The notes beneath the pieces were generated by a model, which saw nothing but the letters and a program-made list of their open reading frames with translations, did not search any database and had not been told where the DNA came from. Shown piece by piece: positions 29,865 through 40,604 of a stretch of 64,000 nucleotides of DNA. The stretch's first letter is position 1. Each line of letters opens with the position of its first letter. The DNA lies in NCBI GenBank assembly GCA_963555755.3, contig OY820905.2, forward strand, positions 1,664,001 to 1,728,000, in the 5' to 3' direction. The stretch is from Nitrospirales bacterium (GTDB taxonomy: Bacteria > Nitrospirota > Nitrospiria > Nitrospirales > UBA8639). Both the position numbers and the translations under genes were made by a program.

Positions 29865-31712
29865 CGGATCTTCCCCCCATGTTTGCCACCTAAGCTGTTG
29901 GAATTCTTCAGGGAAAGATTGGATTGCTCTCTGGAATGTAGGCATGTAATTGTTGTTTTATCTTGACTATAATGCTTTATTTATGCTATACATAAAGCAT
30001 GTATATCGCCACCGTTCCTAACCGCACCTCCCCGCCCGCCATTTTATTGCGCGAAAGCTACCGAGCGGGCGGCAAGGTGAAGACCCGGACCCTGGCCAAT
30101 CTGACCTCGTGGCCTCCGGCTCGCGTAGACGCGCTCAAGCGCTGCCTCCGTGGGGATTTCGATGGAACGGAAGACGAGGCGGGCCCCGTGAGTGATCGGA
30201 TCTTTGGCGTCCTCTTCGCCCTGAAAGCGGTGGCCCAACGGGTGGGAGTGGTGTCGGCCTTGGGTCCGAAACGAGTAGCCAAGCTCGCCCTGTTCCTGGT
30301 GCTGGCACGAGTGGCTCATCAGGGTTCGCGGCTGTCAGCCGTGCGGTGGGCCACCGATCATGCGGTCGCTGAGGTGTTGGGATTGCCCGCCTTTGACGAG
30401 GATGACCTGTACGAGGCCTTAGACTGGTTGGGCACCCAACAAGAAGCCATCGAGAAGAAACTGTATCGGGCCTATGTCCAGCGGACCGGCCAGCCACCGG
30501 TCTTGGTGCTCTATGACGTGACCTCCTCCTATTTTGAGGGGGACAAGAATGAACTGGCCGCCTATGGGTATAACCGGGACGGCAAGAAACACAAGAAGCA
30601 GATTGTCATTGGCTTGCTGACAGGGCCGGATGGTGAGCCGCTGGCCGTCACGGTGTTCAAGGGGAATACGGCGGATCCCCGCACGGTCGCCGAGCAGATT
30701 GAACGGATCAAGACCCAGTTCAAGATCACCGACGTCGTGTGTGTGGGGGATCGGGGGATGGTGAAAGCCGCAGGCAAGGCGGCCCTCACCGAGCAGGGAC
30801 TCAAGTACCTCACCGCCCTCACTGACCCGCAGATTCGCACCTTGCTGAAGAAAGATGTGCTCCAACTCAATTTGTTTGATGAGACGATACAGGAAGTGGA
30901 GGATGGGTCTCGTCGGCTGATCCTGCGGCGGAATGAGGCGTTGCGCCACACGGTGGCCACGCGACGTCAGGACAAAGTGGCCACACTGCAGCAGAAGGTC
31001 GCGGCGCGCAATGCGTTTGTTCAGACGGCCAAGCGGGCCACCCCGGCGGCGGGACAGCGGCAGCTGACCCAGTGGGCCAAGAAGCACAAGCTCTCCGCCT
31101 TCACCACCCTCGCCCTGCAGGGGACCCAGCTTGTGGTCGAGATTGATGAGGCCAAGCAGGCCGAGGCGGCCCTGTTGGATGGCTGTTCGGTGCTGGAAAC
31201 CGATGTGGCTCGGGACACGATGGATGCCGCGACGGTGGATGCCCGGTACCGGGACCTGCAACGGGTGGAACGCGACTTCCGGACGATGAAGACGGGCTTG
31301 CTCGAACTGCGCCCCATCTTTGTGCGGAAGGAGAGCCGCACGCGTGGCCATGTCTTTGCCGCGATGCTCGCCCTGAAAGTGGCCCGGGAAGGCGAGCGAG
31401 GCCTGAAGGAGGCGTTTGGGACGACGGAGCAGAGCGCCCAGGCGCTGACCCTTCAAGACGCCCTGGGGGCCCTGTCACGATTGTGTTTCCAACGCCATGC
31501 AATCGGCGGGCAGGAGGTGCTTCAGCTGGCTCGCCCCGATGCTAGGCAGGCAACCATCTTTGCCGCATTGGGGATCACCCCGCCTGCCACCACCACACGG
31601 CCAGCCAAGGTGCATGTGTAGGCAGAGACGTGGCCTCGCCCAAACCGTGACTTCTTCAATGACATCAAAAGGTTAGAGCCAAAAATCCGCCCAAAACTCG
31701 GGGGAAGATCCG
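29865..31712 (+). mobile_element. Second, distinct IS1634-family element
   Basis: TIR cggatcttccccc; 5-bp TSD tcggg at 29860-29864 and 31713-31717. Confidence 0.9.
29999..31621 (+). CDS. IS1634-family transposase
   Basis: LLRESYR..GKVKTRTLANL, YDVTSSYFEG, GYNRDGK, VGDRGM and VERDFRTMK. Confidence 0.93.
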   Translation: MYIATVPNRTSPPAILLRESYRAGGKVKTRTLANLTSWPPARVDALKRCLRGDFDGTEDEAGPVSDRIFGVLFALKAVAQRVGVVSALGPKRVAKLALFLVLARVAHQGSRLSAVRWATDHAVAEVLGLPAFDEDDLYEALDWLGTQQEAIEKKLYRAYVQRTGQPPVLVLYDVTSSYFEGDKNELAAYGYNRDGKKHKKQIVIGLLTGPDGEPLAVTVFKGNTADPRTVAEQIERIKTQFKITDVVCVGDRGMVKAAGKAALTEQGLKYLTALTDPQIRTLLKKDVLQLNLFDETIQEVEDGSRRLILRRNEALRHTVATRRQDKVATLQQKVAARNAFVQTAKRATPAAGQRQLTQWAKKHKLSAFTTLALQGTQLVVEIDEAKQAEAALLDGCSVLETDVARDTMDAATVDARYRDLQRVERDFRTMKTGLLELRPIFVRKESRTRGHVFAAMLALKVAREGERGLKEAFGTTEQSAQALTLQDALGALSRLCFQRHAIGGQEVLQLARPDARQATIFAALGITPPATTTRPAKVHV

Positions 31713-32537
31713 TCGGGGATGCCGTTGCCCTTGCAACTTGCGTGGATCGGTCAGCTTCACCACATAGGTAAACAGGGAGTCCGTCTGCTTGGTATTCAAT
31801 CGCATCTGAGGCACCTTTCCTTTCTGATAGGTCGGATCAAGCATCGGGCGTGCAAGAATCTCTCGGGCTTGGGGATGGAGGCTCTTGACCAGGATGCGTT
31901 TCGGGCGGTCATGCTGAACATACCGCGTATTGGACTTGCGAAACCCGCGTGTCAGCCCGAGCTCCTGCCACCCGGCGGCTCGATAGCAGGTCCCGGTGAA
32001 GCGGGCAGGATCGACGAAGGTCTCTAAGAGGAGCAAGGGGTAGCCGTGGCACAGGTGCCAATCGGCCGCGATCCGTTTCGCGCAGAGCGACAGGACTTTC
32101 GAGGCGAGGTTTTGTTGCGAACAGTCCGGCAGGATGAGAAACCGGGTGTTGTTGGCAAGTAAATGGAGGCGTTGCCATTGGAAACAGGGGGGCCAGCCGA
32201 TCCAGTGGTCTCGCGCTCTCGATTTGAGGGCCGCCGCCGCAAACACCCGCAAGGCCAGCCAGCGATCCTGCACACAGGCGAGATATTGGATCGAGGGGCC
32301 AATCAACGGGGCAGGCCCGAGGTAGTGATGTCGGGCGAGAAGGGTCGTGAAGGCTTCCTTCTCGTCCGGGACAATCGGTCGAACTACGACTTGCCCAAGA
32401 TCGATGGCCGGATGTCCGCTTGGCGATTCGTCTGGCATGAAAAAGAGTATGCCCCAAACGAAAAGAAAAAGCCAGCCTAAATCGATTATCCCTTATTATC
32501 TATGAAGTTGCACTTTAAAATGAAATAGCCCTGGACT

Positions 32538-32575
32538 CCCCCTCACCCCAACCCTCTCCCCAAAGGGGCGAGGGA
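32538..32575. repeat. REP-like GC-rich palindrome
   Basis: cccctcaccccaaccctctccccaaaggggcgaggga. Confidence 0.5.
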
Positions 32576-32652
32576 GCATTGAGATGTCCGTTCGCTCTGA
32601 GCGCCACGAGTCGAAGGGATCAAGAGTTTCTCACTTCCGTTTTTGGAGTTAA

Positions 32653-32832
32653 GGACCTGAGAGAAAATAACTTGAACAATTTCGCGCCAAGATTTGGGTT
32701 GGATTTGGACGGAACGATTGAGAAAACCCCGAGGCATAGCACAGCGATGTTGAGGGTGTTTCGATTGAGGCCCGTTCAAAGATGGCCCGAAGATTGGATG
32801 CGAAATTGTTCAAGTTATTTTCTCTCAGGTCC
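32653..32832. mobile_element. MITE family D copy 2 (180 bp)
   Basis: 33-bp perfect TIR, TAA duplication, overlaps the fimT-like stop. Confidence 0.85.
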
Positions 32833-33317
32833 TAAGGCGATTTGACTTTTACTCGGCCTGTGATACTCACCGTGATGGCCTTTTCTCCAGCCTTATTAGC
32901 AAGAATGATGGTCCCTAGACTTGATGCGGTTCCCCTGGGATGAAAAATTGGATTTCGATTGGAGCGAACCGTCACGCCAGCATAGTCCTCTTGAATCGAT
33001 CGATTTTCAACCATTTCGCCTGGATCCGCTTTCCCGTTATTATTGTCATCATCCAAGATGTCGTAATGGTGCTCATCCTGGAAGAATACACGGAATTCAT
33101 TGCCCTGACTCACGGCTTGCATTCTGGCGGCTAGAAGATCGGCCCGAACCTGTCGAACCGCACCATTGAGTTGATAGTAAGGGATTTGCGTGGAAAGCCA
33201 TGACCCACCGATAAGGCTCACCACTCCGAGAATACCGAGAACGATCAACAACTCGGTGAGTGAAAAACCTTGCTGGTTTGGAAAATGAGAGCGACGGGGA
33301 AGCATGTTCATGATCAA
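32832..33317 (-). CDS. GspH/FimT-family minor pilin
   Basis: QQGFSLTELLIVL prepilin motif; C-terminal FHPRG...VSITGRVK. Confidence 0.88.
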   Translation of the reverse strand: MIMNMLPRRSHFPNQQGFSLTELLIVLGILGVVSLIGGSWLSTQIPYYQLNGAVRQVRADLLAARMQAVSQGNEFRVFFQDEHHYDILDDDNNNGKADPGEMVENRSIQEDYAGVTVRSNRNPIFHPRGTASSLGTIILANKAGEKAITVSITGRVKVKSP

Positions 33318-33335
33318 TTTCGCTGGCAGTTGTTT

Positions 33336-34112
33336 CTACCACATGGTCTTGATATACCACTGCAGCAGGTCGGCATGAAAGAACAACGCCACCAGCGCTC
33401 CAAACACGAGAAACGGTCCAAAGGGAATGTATTGCCCTCGTTCCATCACCTTGAACACAACCAGTCCGATTCCCACAACTGCCCCAAATACCGAGGCAAT
33501 CATGAGTGTCAACAACACCGGCTGCCAGCCCAAAAAGGCTCCAATCATCGCTAACAATTTAATATCCCCACCGCCTAAGCCTTCTTTCCCGAACAGATAG
33601 GGACTCAGAATGGCGAGCATCCAGAGAATCCCTCCACCCAATAGAACCCCGATGACGGCGTGTACAAACCCAAGGGGAAGCACTGTTGCCGCAGCAAGCA
33701 CACCAATGACGATGCCAGGGAGAGAGATCACATCGGGAATAATGAGATGGTCCAAATCAATCCAGGCTACGACGAGAAGCGCTGAAAAAAATAAGGCATA
33801 CACTCCCGCAGCCAGCGTCCATCCAAATGTGGCCACAACGCCGACATATCCCAGGCCATTCATCAGTTCGATGAGGGGATAACGAAGGGAAATGGAGGTC
33901 TGGCAATGTCGGCAGCGGCGACTGAGCCAGATGTAACTCAGGATAGGGATATTATCGAACCAGGCAATGGGTGTTTGGCAGGCAGGACATTGGGACCGTG
34001 GCGAGATGACAGACTGACCGGCAGGCACTCGATACACGCACACATTGAGGAAACTCCCCACCACCAAACCGACGGGAAATACCCACACATAGAGCCACCA
34101 GGAATCTATCAT
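33336..34112 (-). CDS. pilD: Prepilin peptidase
   Basis: GSFLNV, RSQCPAC, CRHC, GGGDIKL and IPFGPFL. Confidence 0.95.
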   Translation of the reverse strand: MIDSWWLYVWVFPVGLVVGSFLNVCVYRVPAGQSVISPRSQCPACQTPIAWFDNIPILSYIWLSRRCRHCQTSISLRYPLIELMNGLGYVGVVATFGWTLAAGVYALFFSALLVVAWIDLDHLIIPDVISLPGIVIGVLAAATVLPLGFVHAVIGVLLGGGILWMLAILSPYLFGKEGLGGGDIKLLAMIGAFLGWQPVLLTLMIASVFGAVVGIGLVVFKVMERGQYIPFGPFLVFGALVALFFHADLLQWYIKTMW

Positions 34113-34243
34113 ATCTGCATCGTGTGATAGACAGAAAATCCGATCATATGAGCTGAATTACGTACTTAATAGTCTTTACTTTCAAACAAATATATTGCTA
34201 GTATTACCTACATAATTTATCTTGAGGAAAAGTGCGGTGATCC

Positions 34244-34504
34244 ATGACTACGCAAACCAAAACAAAAAAGCGAGACGTCCTTCCCTTGAAACGAAAACGC
34301 CCTGAAGCCTTAACAGAGCGTGAGCAGGAAATTCTGCAATTGATATGGTCAGGACTGAAGAATAAAGAGATTGCTCTGAGTCTGAAAATCAGCGTAAAAA
34401 CCGTTGAGGCCCATCGGGCTAATATGATGAAAAAAGTACGGGTATCGAATGCCGCCCAACTCCTCAATGCGGCCATTCAAGAAGGCCTCATTCAAGTTCG
34501 ATAA
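34244..34504 (+). CDS. Stand-alone LuxR-type HTH regulator
   Basis: LTEREQEIL...NKEIA..LKISVKTVEAHRANMMKK. Confidence 0.9.
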   Translation: MTTQTKTKKRDVLPLKRKRPEALTEREQEILQLIWSGLKNKEIALSLKISVKTVEAHRANMMKKVRVSNAAQLLNAAIQEGLIQVR

Positions 34505-35279
34505 GGTCTGCTTTCCCTTCCTTCCTACGCTGCCGCACCGCCTCAAACACGACGACTGCGACACTTGCCGACACATTGAGCGACTCAACCTGGCCATGCA
34601 TAGGAATCTTCGCGTGATTCTCACATTTCTGAAGCACTCCCGGCCGAACACCTTTTCCCTCACCGCCAAATACTAGCAGAATAGGGCCATTCATCTCCAC
34701 TTTATCATACGATTGGTCAGCACCTGGATGGAAGGCCACAGCCGAAATACCGTCAGCTTGTAATCGCTCGATAAGTTTCCCAATGTTCGAACATCGGGCC
34801 ACGGACATATGCTCCAGAGCACCAGCTGATGTGCGAGCGACTGTGGAGGTCAAACCAACCGAACGCCGGTCCGGAATAAATATCCCATGGACACCCGCAG
34901 CCTCCGAAGTTCGAATGATTGCGCCGAGATTTTGAGGATCTTCGACTCCATCCAACGCCAGGAGCAGTGGGGCTTCTTGCAGTCTCGACACCCGAGAAAG
35001 GATATTTTCTTCGGTATCGTAAGATTTTGCAGCCACCAACCCCACGACGCCTTGATGATTCTCACCACGGGAGACAATTCGATCGAGATACTGCCGTTGT
35101 TCAATCGCAAGAGGAACCCCTTGAGACTTGGCCAATTGAATGATTTTGGAGAACTGACGATCTCGATGCGTAAGCAAAATCTTCACAAAACTTCGGGTCT
35201 TCGCCCGAAGCGCTTCTGTCACCGCATGGATGCCACAGATCCGTTCTCCAGGATCACCGCTTCCATCGCGTGGTTCCAT
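34488..35279 (-). CDS. rlmB: 23S rRNA Gm2251 methyltransferase
   Basis: GIHAVTEAL, HQGV, DPQNLGAIIR and ESLNVS; follows cysS. Confidence 0.92.
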   Translation of the reverse strand: MEPRDGSGDPGERICGIHAVTEALRAKTRSFVKILLTHRDRQFSKIIQLAKSQGVPLAIEQRQYLDRIVSRGENHQGVVGLVAAKSYDTEENILSRVSRLQEAPLLLALDGVEDPQNLGAIIRTSEAAGVHGIFIPDRRSVGLTSTVARTSAGALEHMSVARCSNIGKLIERLQADGISAVAFHPGADQSYDKVEMNGPILLVFGGEGKGVRPGVLQKCENHAKIPMHGQVESLNVSASVAVVVFEAVRQRRKEGKADLIELE

Positions 35280-36717
35280 CTGGACGGTCTTCGAGGATAA
35301 TTCCTTGGGCCGCCAGGTCTTGCCGGATTTGGTCTGCGGCTGCAAAGTCTTTCCCGAGTCGCGCTTGGGCCCTTTGGTGAATCTGCTCTTGTATCCACTC
35401 ATCCGTCAATTCCTTCTGTTCATCCTGCATTGTTCCAGACGCGCCACTAAACTCCAAAGGACGGGACACCCATTCATGGTCAGGTAGCTGAAAAAGTCCT
35501 AAGGGATCACCGCAACGTCGGAAGGCTTCCCGAACCTGTTTTCGAGATGAATCAGACAGGCCTGTGGGAAGCATCTGATTGATCTCCGTTCGCAGTTGCT
35601 GAAACTCTGCGAATGCTTTGGGGGTATTGAAGTCATCATCCATCGCATCTTCAAATGCCTGGGCAAACTGATCGAGCCGTGGCTGAATCGTGGTTTCTTC
35701 ATGAGATTCGTGTGAAGACGATTCCTGTAACCGTTGAAACAATCCATACAAATTATCCAGCGCCGACTTGGCTTCCGACACGGCCTGATTGGAGAAATTC
35801 ACATCGCTTCGATAATGTGTCATCAAAAGAAAATATCGAAGGGTTTCGGCCGTCACTGTTTCCGGACAATTCGATTTGTCGAAAATTTCTCGGACCGTGA
35901 AAAAGTTCCCCAACGACTTCGACATTTTCTCTTCATCGATCGTCACAAATCCATTGTGCACCCAAAACTTTGAAAACTCTTGACCTGTGGCCGCACACGA
36001 CTGTGCAATTTCGTTTTCATGGTGAGGAAAAATCAGATCTTTGCCACCTCCATGAATATCGAATACTCCCCCAAGATGATGAACGGACATGGCCGAACAT
36101 TCAATGTGCCACCCCGGACGCCCAGGTCCCCACGGACTGTCCCAAACCGGCTCCCCTGGCTTGGCGCCCTTCCATAACGCGAAATCCGTGGGGTCCCGTT
36201 TGCGCGTATCGATTTCAACACGAGCACCGGCCTGCATATCCTCCAGCTTTCTTCGTCCCAACTGGCCATACGAGGCAAAAGTTGAGACTTCGTAAAACAC
36301 ATCGTGATCAACTTGGTAGGCATGCCCCTTCTCCACCAACGCCTGGATCATCTTGATAATGTCTGTCATGTGATCTGTGGCCCGCGGCTCGATATCCGGA
36401 TTGGTGACTCCTAATCGATGCATATCGCGATAATACGTACGCACGTATTTTTCGGTCACCTGCTTCCAGGGGATGGATTCCTCTGCCGCACGATTGAGAA
36501 TTTTGTCATCCACATCCGTAAAGTTTTTGACGTAATTCACTTGATACCCTCGGTACTCGAGGTATTGTCTGATGACGTCAAACACAATGGCACTTCGGGC
36601 ATGGCCGAGATGACATTCATCGTACACCGTCACTCCACAGACATACATACCGACTTTGTGAGGAATGAGTGGAACGAATTCTTCTTTTTGATTGGTGAGG
36701 GTATTGAATATCTTCAC
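35254..36717 (-). CDS. cysS: Cysteine--tRNA ligase
   Basis: CGVTVYD, HLGH, GWHIECS and KMSKS; GTG start overlaps the upstream stop. Confidence 0.97.
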   Translation of the reverse strand: MKIFNTLTNQKEEFVPLIPHKVGMYVCGVTVYDECHLGHARSAIVFDVIRQYLEYRGYQVNYVKNFTDVDDKILNRAAEESIPWKQVTEKYVRTYYRDMHRLGVTNPDIEPRATDHMTDIIKMIQALVEKGHAYQVDHDVFYEVSTFASYGQLGRRKLEDMQAGARVEIDTRKRDPTDFALWKGAKPGEPVWDSPWGPGRPGWHIECSAMSVHHLGGVFDIHGGGKDLIFPHHENEIAQSCAATGQEFSKFWVHNGFVTIDEEKMSKSLGNFFTVREIFDKSNCPETVTAETLRYFLLMTHYRSDVNFSNQAVSEAKSALDNLYGLFQRLQESSSHESHEETTIQPRLDQFAQAFEDAMDDDFNTPKAFAEFQQLRTEINQMLPTGLSDSSRKQVREAFRRCGDPLGLFQLPDHEWVSRPLEFSGASGTMQDEQKELTDEWIQEQIHQRAQARLGKDFAAADQIRQDLAAQGIILEDRPDGTTRWKR

Positions 36718-37334
36718 GGCGTGTTGGCTTCCCCGCTTGGAGACGAGGAGGTCTTGGCCGCTTTTTTGGCGTAAACTTTGACTATCCAAAAACCAATGGC
36801 AATCAAGACCACGAGCAGAATCGTAATGAGGTTAAAATAATTTTCGATCACGTCCTTCACCCACGGGCCAAAGAGTTGGAGCGTGCCAGCCACGAGAAAG
36901 AAACGAGCCCCTCGGCTGATGAGTGACGCAATCACGAAGACCTTAAAGTTTACAAAAAAGGCCCCCGCTCCAATGGTAAACAATTTATACGGAATTGGCG
37001 TCAACCCTGCAATTAAAATCGCCCATCCCTCATATTTTTCAAAGGTTTGGTGAATCATGGCGACACGTTCTTTTCCCATAAACCGCAGGAGCAGAGGCCG
37101 GCCTCCCCACCAGCCAATCGCATAGCCAAACATTCCCCCTAATACGGATCCTGCCGTGGTAATTGCGGCGTAGTACATTCCCCATGAAGGATTGCCCAAG
37201 GTTAAGGCCATCAGTAACACATCTGGAGGCAAGGGGAAAAAGGAAGATTCCGCGAAAGACAGGATAAATAAGGCAGGAATCGCGTAGGGCGATTCCGACC
37301 AGGACAACATCCACTCATAGAGTTCGTGAATCAT
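36714..37334 (-). CDS. YqaA/DedA-family membrane protein
   Basis: FAESSFFPLPPD, TPIPYK and RGARFF. Confidence 0.9.
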   Translation of the reverse strand: MIHELYEWMLSWSESPYAIPALFILSFAESSFFPLPPDVLLMALTLGNPSWGMYYAAITTAGSVLGGMFGYAIGWWGGRPLLLRFMGKERVAMIHQTFEKYEGWAILIAGLTPIPYKLFTIGAGAFFVNFKVFVIASLISRGARFFLVAGTLQLFGPWVKDVIENYFNLITILLVVLIAIGFWIVKVYAKKAAKTSSSPSGEANTP

Positions 37335-37347
37335 AGGGAAAGGTTCT

Positions 37348-38130
37348 TTACGAAGGCTGTTGAATGGAACGTACGCATGTATTTAACCTGTGTTCCCACG
37401 CGTGCAGTTTGGTCAGCACCCGATAGTGCGTCATGTCAAAATGGAGCGGGGTCAACGACACAAAACCTTGTGAAATAGCATCCACATCCGAATGTTTCTT
37501 TCGATTCCATGTCACCTGTTCACCAGCAATCCAGTAGTACTTCCCCCCGCGTGGATCGGTTTTTTCAACCACCGGATTGTCATATCGGCGCCGACTCAAT
37601 GAAGTAAATTTCATCCCCTGAAGACGGTTGGGCTGAAGATCCGGCACGTTCACATTCAAAAATGTGTCTGCTGGAAGCCCCTGCTGCAACACTATGCTCG
37701 CAATCTCGAGGGCAACCTTGGCTCCAAGGGTAAATCGAAAACGTTGCTGCCCATCCATCGACACCGCGATCGATGGAATGCCACGAATGGCTCCCTCTAA
37801 CGCAGCCGCCACGGTTCCTGAATTCGTGACATCATCACCTAGATTTAGCCCCTTATTGATCCCTGAGACCACAAGATCCAGATGCTGACCTTTCAATAAT
37901 TGCCCGACGGCCAACGTAATGCAATCGGAAGGGGTCCCGTTTACGGAAAACATTTGCCGGCCCACTTGGTTGAGTCTCAGCGGTTTATGTAGGGTGATGG
38001 CCCGTCCCATCGCATTTTGCGCACGTTCCGGAGCGACCACCCACACGTCTCCAAGGGATGCCAATGCTTTGGCAAGGGCTCGAATTCCAGGTGAATCAAT
38101 GCCATCATCATTGGCCACTAAGATTGTCAT
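37348..38130 (-). CDS. surE: 5'/3'-nucleotidase SurE
   Basis: NDDG, GTPSDC, SGIN.G.N and SGTV. Confidence 0.96.
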   Translation of the reverse strand: MTILVANDDGIDSPGIRALAKALASLGDVWVVAPERAQNAMGRAITLHKPLRLNQVGRQMFSVNGTPSDCITLAVGQLLKGQHLDLVVSGINKGLNLGDDVTNSGTVAAALEGAIRGIPSIAVSMDGQQRFRFTLGAKVALEIASIVLQQGLPADTFLNVNVPDLQPNRLQGMKFTSLSRRRYDNPVVEKTDPRGGKYYWIAGEQVTWNRKKHSDVDAISQGFVSLTPLHFDMTHYRVLTKLHAWEHRLNTCVRSIQQPS

Positions 38131-38288
38131 AACGGTGCAGAAAAAGTCGCTCTTTCTGAATAACTCAGAGGGAGTGGCCTAAAGCAAAGAAATCCGAGAT
38201 GTTGCCCTGGACACGGTATCAAGATCGGTAAAACATCACTTAGACCTTAGTGGATTGAGAGAGTAAAGTCATGGTTTATCCCTAAAGC

Positions 38289-38326
38289 AAAAGAGCCCGC
38301 CCCCATTGATGGAGGCAGGCTCTTTT
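38289..38326 (-). terminator. Intrinsic terminator after the for operon
   Basis: aaaagagcccgcc...ggcaggctctttt. Confidence 0.7.
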
Positions 38327-38363
38327 CTATCTTCTCTCAAGTTTGTCGTGATTCAACGTCGCG

Positions 38364-39725
38364 TTAAATATTTTGCATGAAATGGGCCACCTCTTCAGGA
38401 TCAACTTCGGTTCCCAAAATGGCTGAGGAGGGAACTGTGGCTGATCTTTTCCCAGTGAGTCCACATTCGATCTCTTCAAATATCATTTCCACAGGCATAG
38501 ACATCCCACCATACACATGGGGACCTGCCACGATTTTGGCTTTGGAATACCCATAAATGGCAGTGGCCACCTCCTTGGCCAACCAACCGACATAATTAAA
38601 TTCTGGCACCACAATCAGTTTGGCGCCAGTACACAATTTGCGGAGTTCTTTCTTGGGGAATGGTCTCAACGATCTGATTTTAATGAGACCAGCTTGAATC
38701 CCCTTATCATTACACAGACGAATGGCTTCACGACATTGGCCCGCCATACTGCCGGAAGCAATGAGAAGCACTTCAGCCCCTTCGACGTTTTGCGCTTCAA
38801 CAAGTCCGCCCATATACTGTTCAATGTATTTGCGCGACCGTTCAACTGCTGCCCACACTTCCTGCTGCCACACAGCATGGATGTTATAGGCCATGAAGTT
38901 GGACTTTTGAACTGGCGCATCACGCGACAGTCGCGCTGGAGGATTTTCAGCATCCAAGACTGGCACTGCCCCTCGCCAGGCCTCACGACCAGGTAATTTG
39001 AGTCCCTTATCCTGCATCGAACAGTATCCCCGTGCATGGGTCACGAAAAATCCATCACAGCAGACACCCACAGGGAGGGTCACATCATTCTTTTCGCTAA
39101 TGATAAATGCCATCATGATGTAATCAAACAGATCCTGTTGATTCTCTGCATGCCATATGATCATCCCGCAATTCAACAGGTAGGCAATTTCAATATTGTC
39201 CGGTTGAATGGCTAATGGAGCATTCACCACACGACAGGTAAACATCGCCACTACAGGCAACCGATGGCCTGGCCAAGAAGCAATGGGCTCCAACCCTCGA
39301 AGCGTTCCGGGACCTGCCGTTGCGGTAAAACAACGAACGCCAGCACGAGATCCACCAGCCATCGCTGACATCACCCCATATTCTTCTTCACCACGATAAA
39401 ATTCTTTCACATACCCTTCTCCATATAACACCCCAATAAGCTGCAGGGTCTCACTTTGTGGTGTAATCGGGTAGGCAACCGTCATATCAACGTTGGACCG
39501 ACGAACTGCTTCTTTCGCACACTCACTGCCAGTGATAAACTCTCTTTCTCGAGGAGCCTCCAAAAACATATATTCTGGGGTGACTATTTTTTGCTTTTTC
39601 GCAGCAGCATGAGGATCTTTTCTCCCCCCTTTTGTGGCGGGGGCTGAAGAGGGAGCTGGTGCTGCGCTCGTAATTGGGTCGCCTTGTGGATTGGTTTTCA
39701 CTTCACTCTCTAATGCATCACTCAT
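38364..39725 (-). CDS. forA: Five-subunit 2-oxoacid:ferredoxin oxidoreductase alpha subunit (probably OGOR)
   Basis: YPITPQSE motif, ATAGPG; operon context. Confidence 0.8.
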   Translation of the reverse strand: MSDALESEVKTNPQGDPITSAAPAPSSAPATKGGRKDPHAAAKKQKIVTPEYMFLEAPREREFITGSECAKEAVRRSNVDMTVAYPITPQSETLQLIGVLYGEGYVKEFYRGEEEYGVMSAMAGGSRAGVRCFTATAGPGTLRGLEPIASWPGHRLPVVAMFTCRVVNAPLAIQPDNIEIAYLLNCGMIIWHAENQQDLFDYIMMAFIISEKNDVTLPVGVCCDGFFVTHARGYCSMQDKGLKLPGREAWRGAVPVLDAENPPARLSRDAPVQKSNFMAYNIHAVWQQEVWAAVERSRKYIEQYMGGLVEAQNVEGAEVLLIASGSMAGQCREAIRLCNDKGIQAGLIKIRSLRPFPKKELRKLCTGAKLIVVPEFNYVGWLAKEVATAIYGYSKAKIVAGPHVYGGMSMPVEMIFEEIECGLTGKRSATVPSSAILGTEVDPEEVAHFMQNI

Positions 39726-39795
39726 GGCTTAACCCCTTTATGGGTGGGTACAATCCTTCCTGAATGAAAGGACGACATTGATCAAAAGTTTTTCT

Positions 39796-40551
39796 CTAAC
39801 CTTCTCGTTGCATGTTTTCCGCTTTATGGCCGAATGCGCCGGCACTCGCGGTTCCTTCACCCCCGAGTTGAATATCTAGTGGATTCGTATGGGTTATCCC
39901 GCCATGCACTAAGGACTGGAATCCCGTAAATCGAACATTTTCGCCGTTCTCCGGTAACGTGAGGCCCATTTCTTCACGGACTCGCTTAAACACTTGGGCG
40001 GCCATCCGAATTTTTGTCGCATCGGAATCTCTGATAGTAAACATCGCATCTTCATGACCTTGTTCAGCACAAATCGCCGATGTCCAGCAATTCGTACCAG
40101 CACGAATCATTTTCAACGTCAGATTGGCATAATGACAGTGCACGCCAATGAAAATACAGACTTCAATTTTATTTCCCCAAATCGTGAGATTCGGGTGATT
40201 CGGATTAATCATTTCCTCTGGTTCAATTTTTGGATATTTGGGCCGATAGTCAGGCATTGGAATGATTAAAACATCTGGAATTTGTGCCGCAAGCTCGAGA
40301 ACGGCTTTCGCTTTATCCGCTGCATGATCATTCCAATTCCATAAAACGAGTGGACCAGGAAAAATGGTGGCGTTTTTTCTGGTGAACATGGCTTTTGCCA
40401 TTTCTTCCAGGGCTTTAACTTCTGGAACCTCATTACCAAAAGTCAGACCATAGTCTTCTTTTGGAGGGAGAACACCCAATTCAGCGGCTGATGGAGGATG
40501 AAACCCAGCTGGGCCTGGCTCAATAAGTCTTTCTAACTCAGTTACTCCCAC
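39796..40551 (-). CDS. forD: Five-subunit oxidoreductase delta subunit
   Basis: PGPAGFHPPSAA, PMPDYRPK and GVHCHYAN; operon context. Confidence 0.75.
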   Translation of the reverse strand: MGVTELERLIEPGPAGFHPPSAAELGVLPPKEDYGLTFGNEVPEVKALEEMAKAMFTRKNATIFPGPLVLWNWNDHAADKAKAVLELAAQIPDVLIIPMPDYRPKYPKIEPEEMINPNHPNLTIWGNKIEVCIFIGVHCHYANLTLKMIRAGTNCWTSAICAEQGHEDAMFTIRDSDATKIRMAAQVFKRVREEMGLTLPENGENVRFTGFQSLVHGGITHTNPLDIQLGGEGTASAGAFGHKAENMQREG

Positions 40552-40604
40552 GTGTTTCCTCCAATCATTCAGGTCGGGAAAGAATGGTTTATTGACGTCA
40601 CAAC

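Larger units (their letters stand above)
28778..32533 (-). mobile_element. ISAs1-family element copy 2, interrupted by IS1634
   Basis: Near-identical to 7118-9020; ORF pieces at 32438-31713 and 29864-28838; flanks not duplicated. Confidence 0.92.

Noticed and set aside
30419..31456. 345-aa antisense ORF in IS1634
   Set aside because: It is a shadow of the GC-rich transposase, like the other antisense ORFs over core genes.
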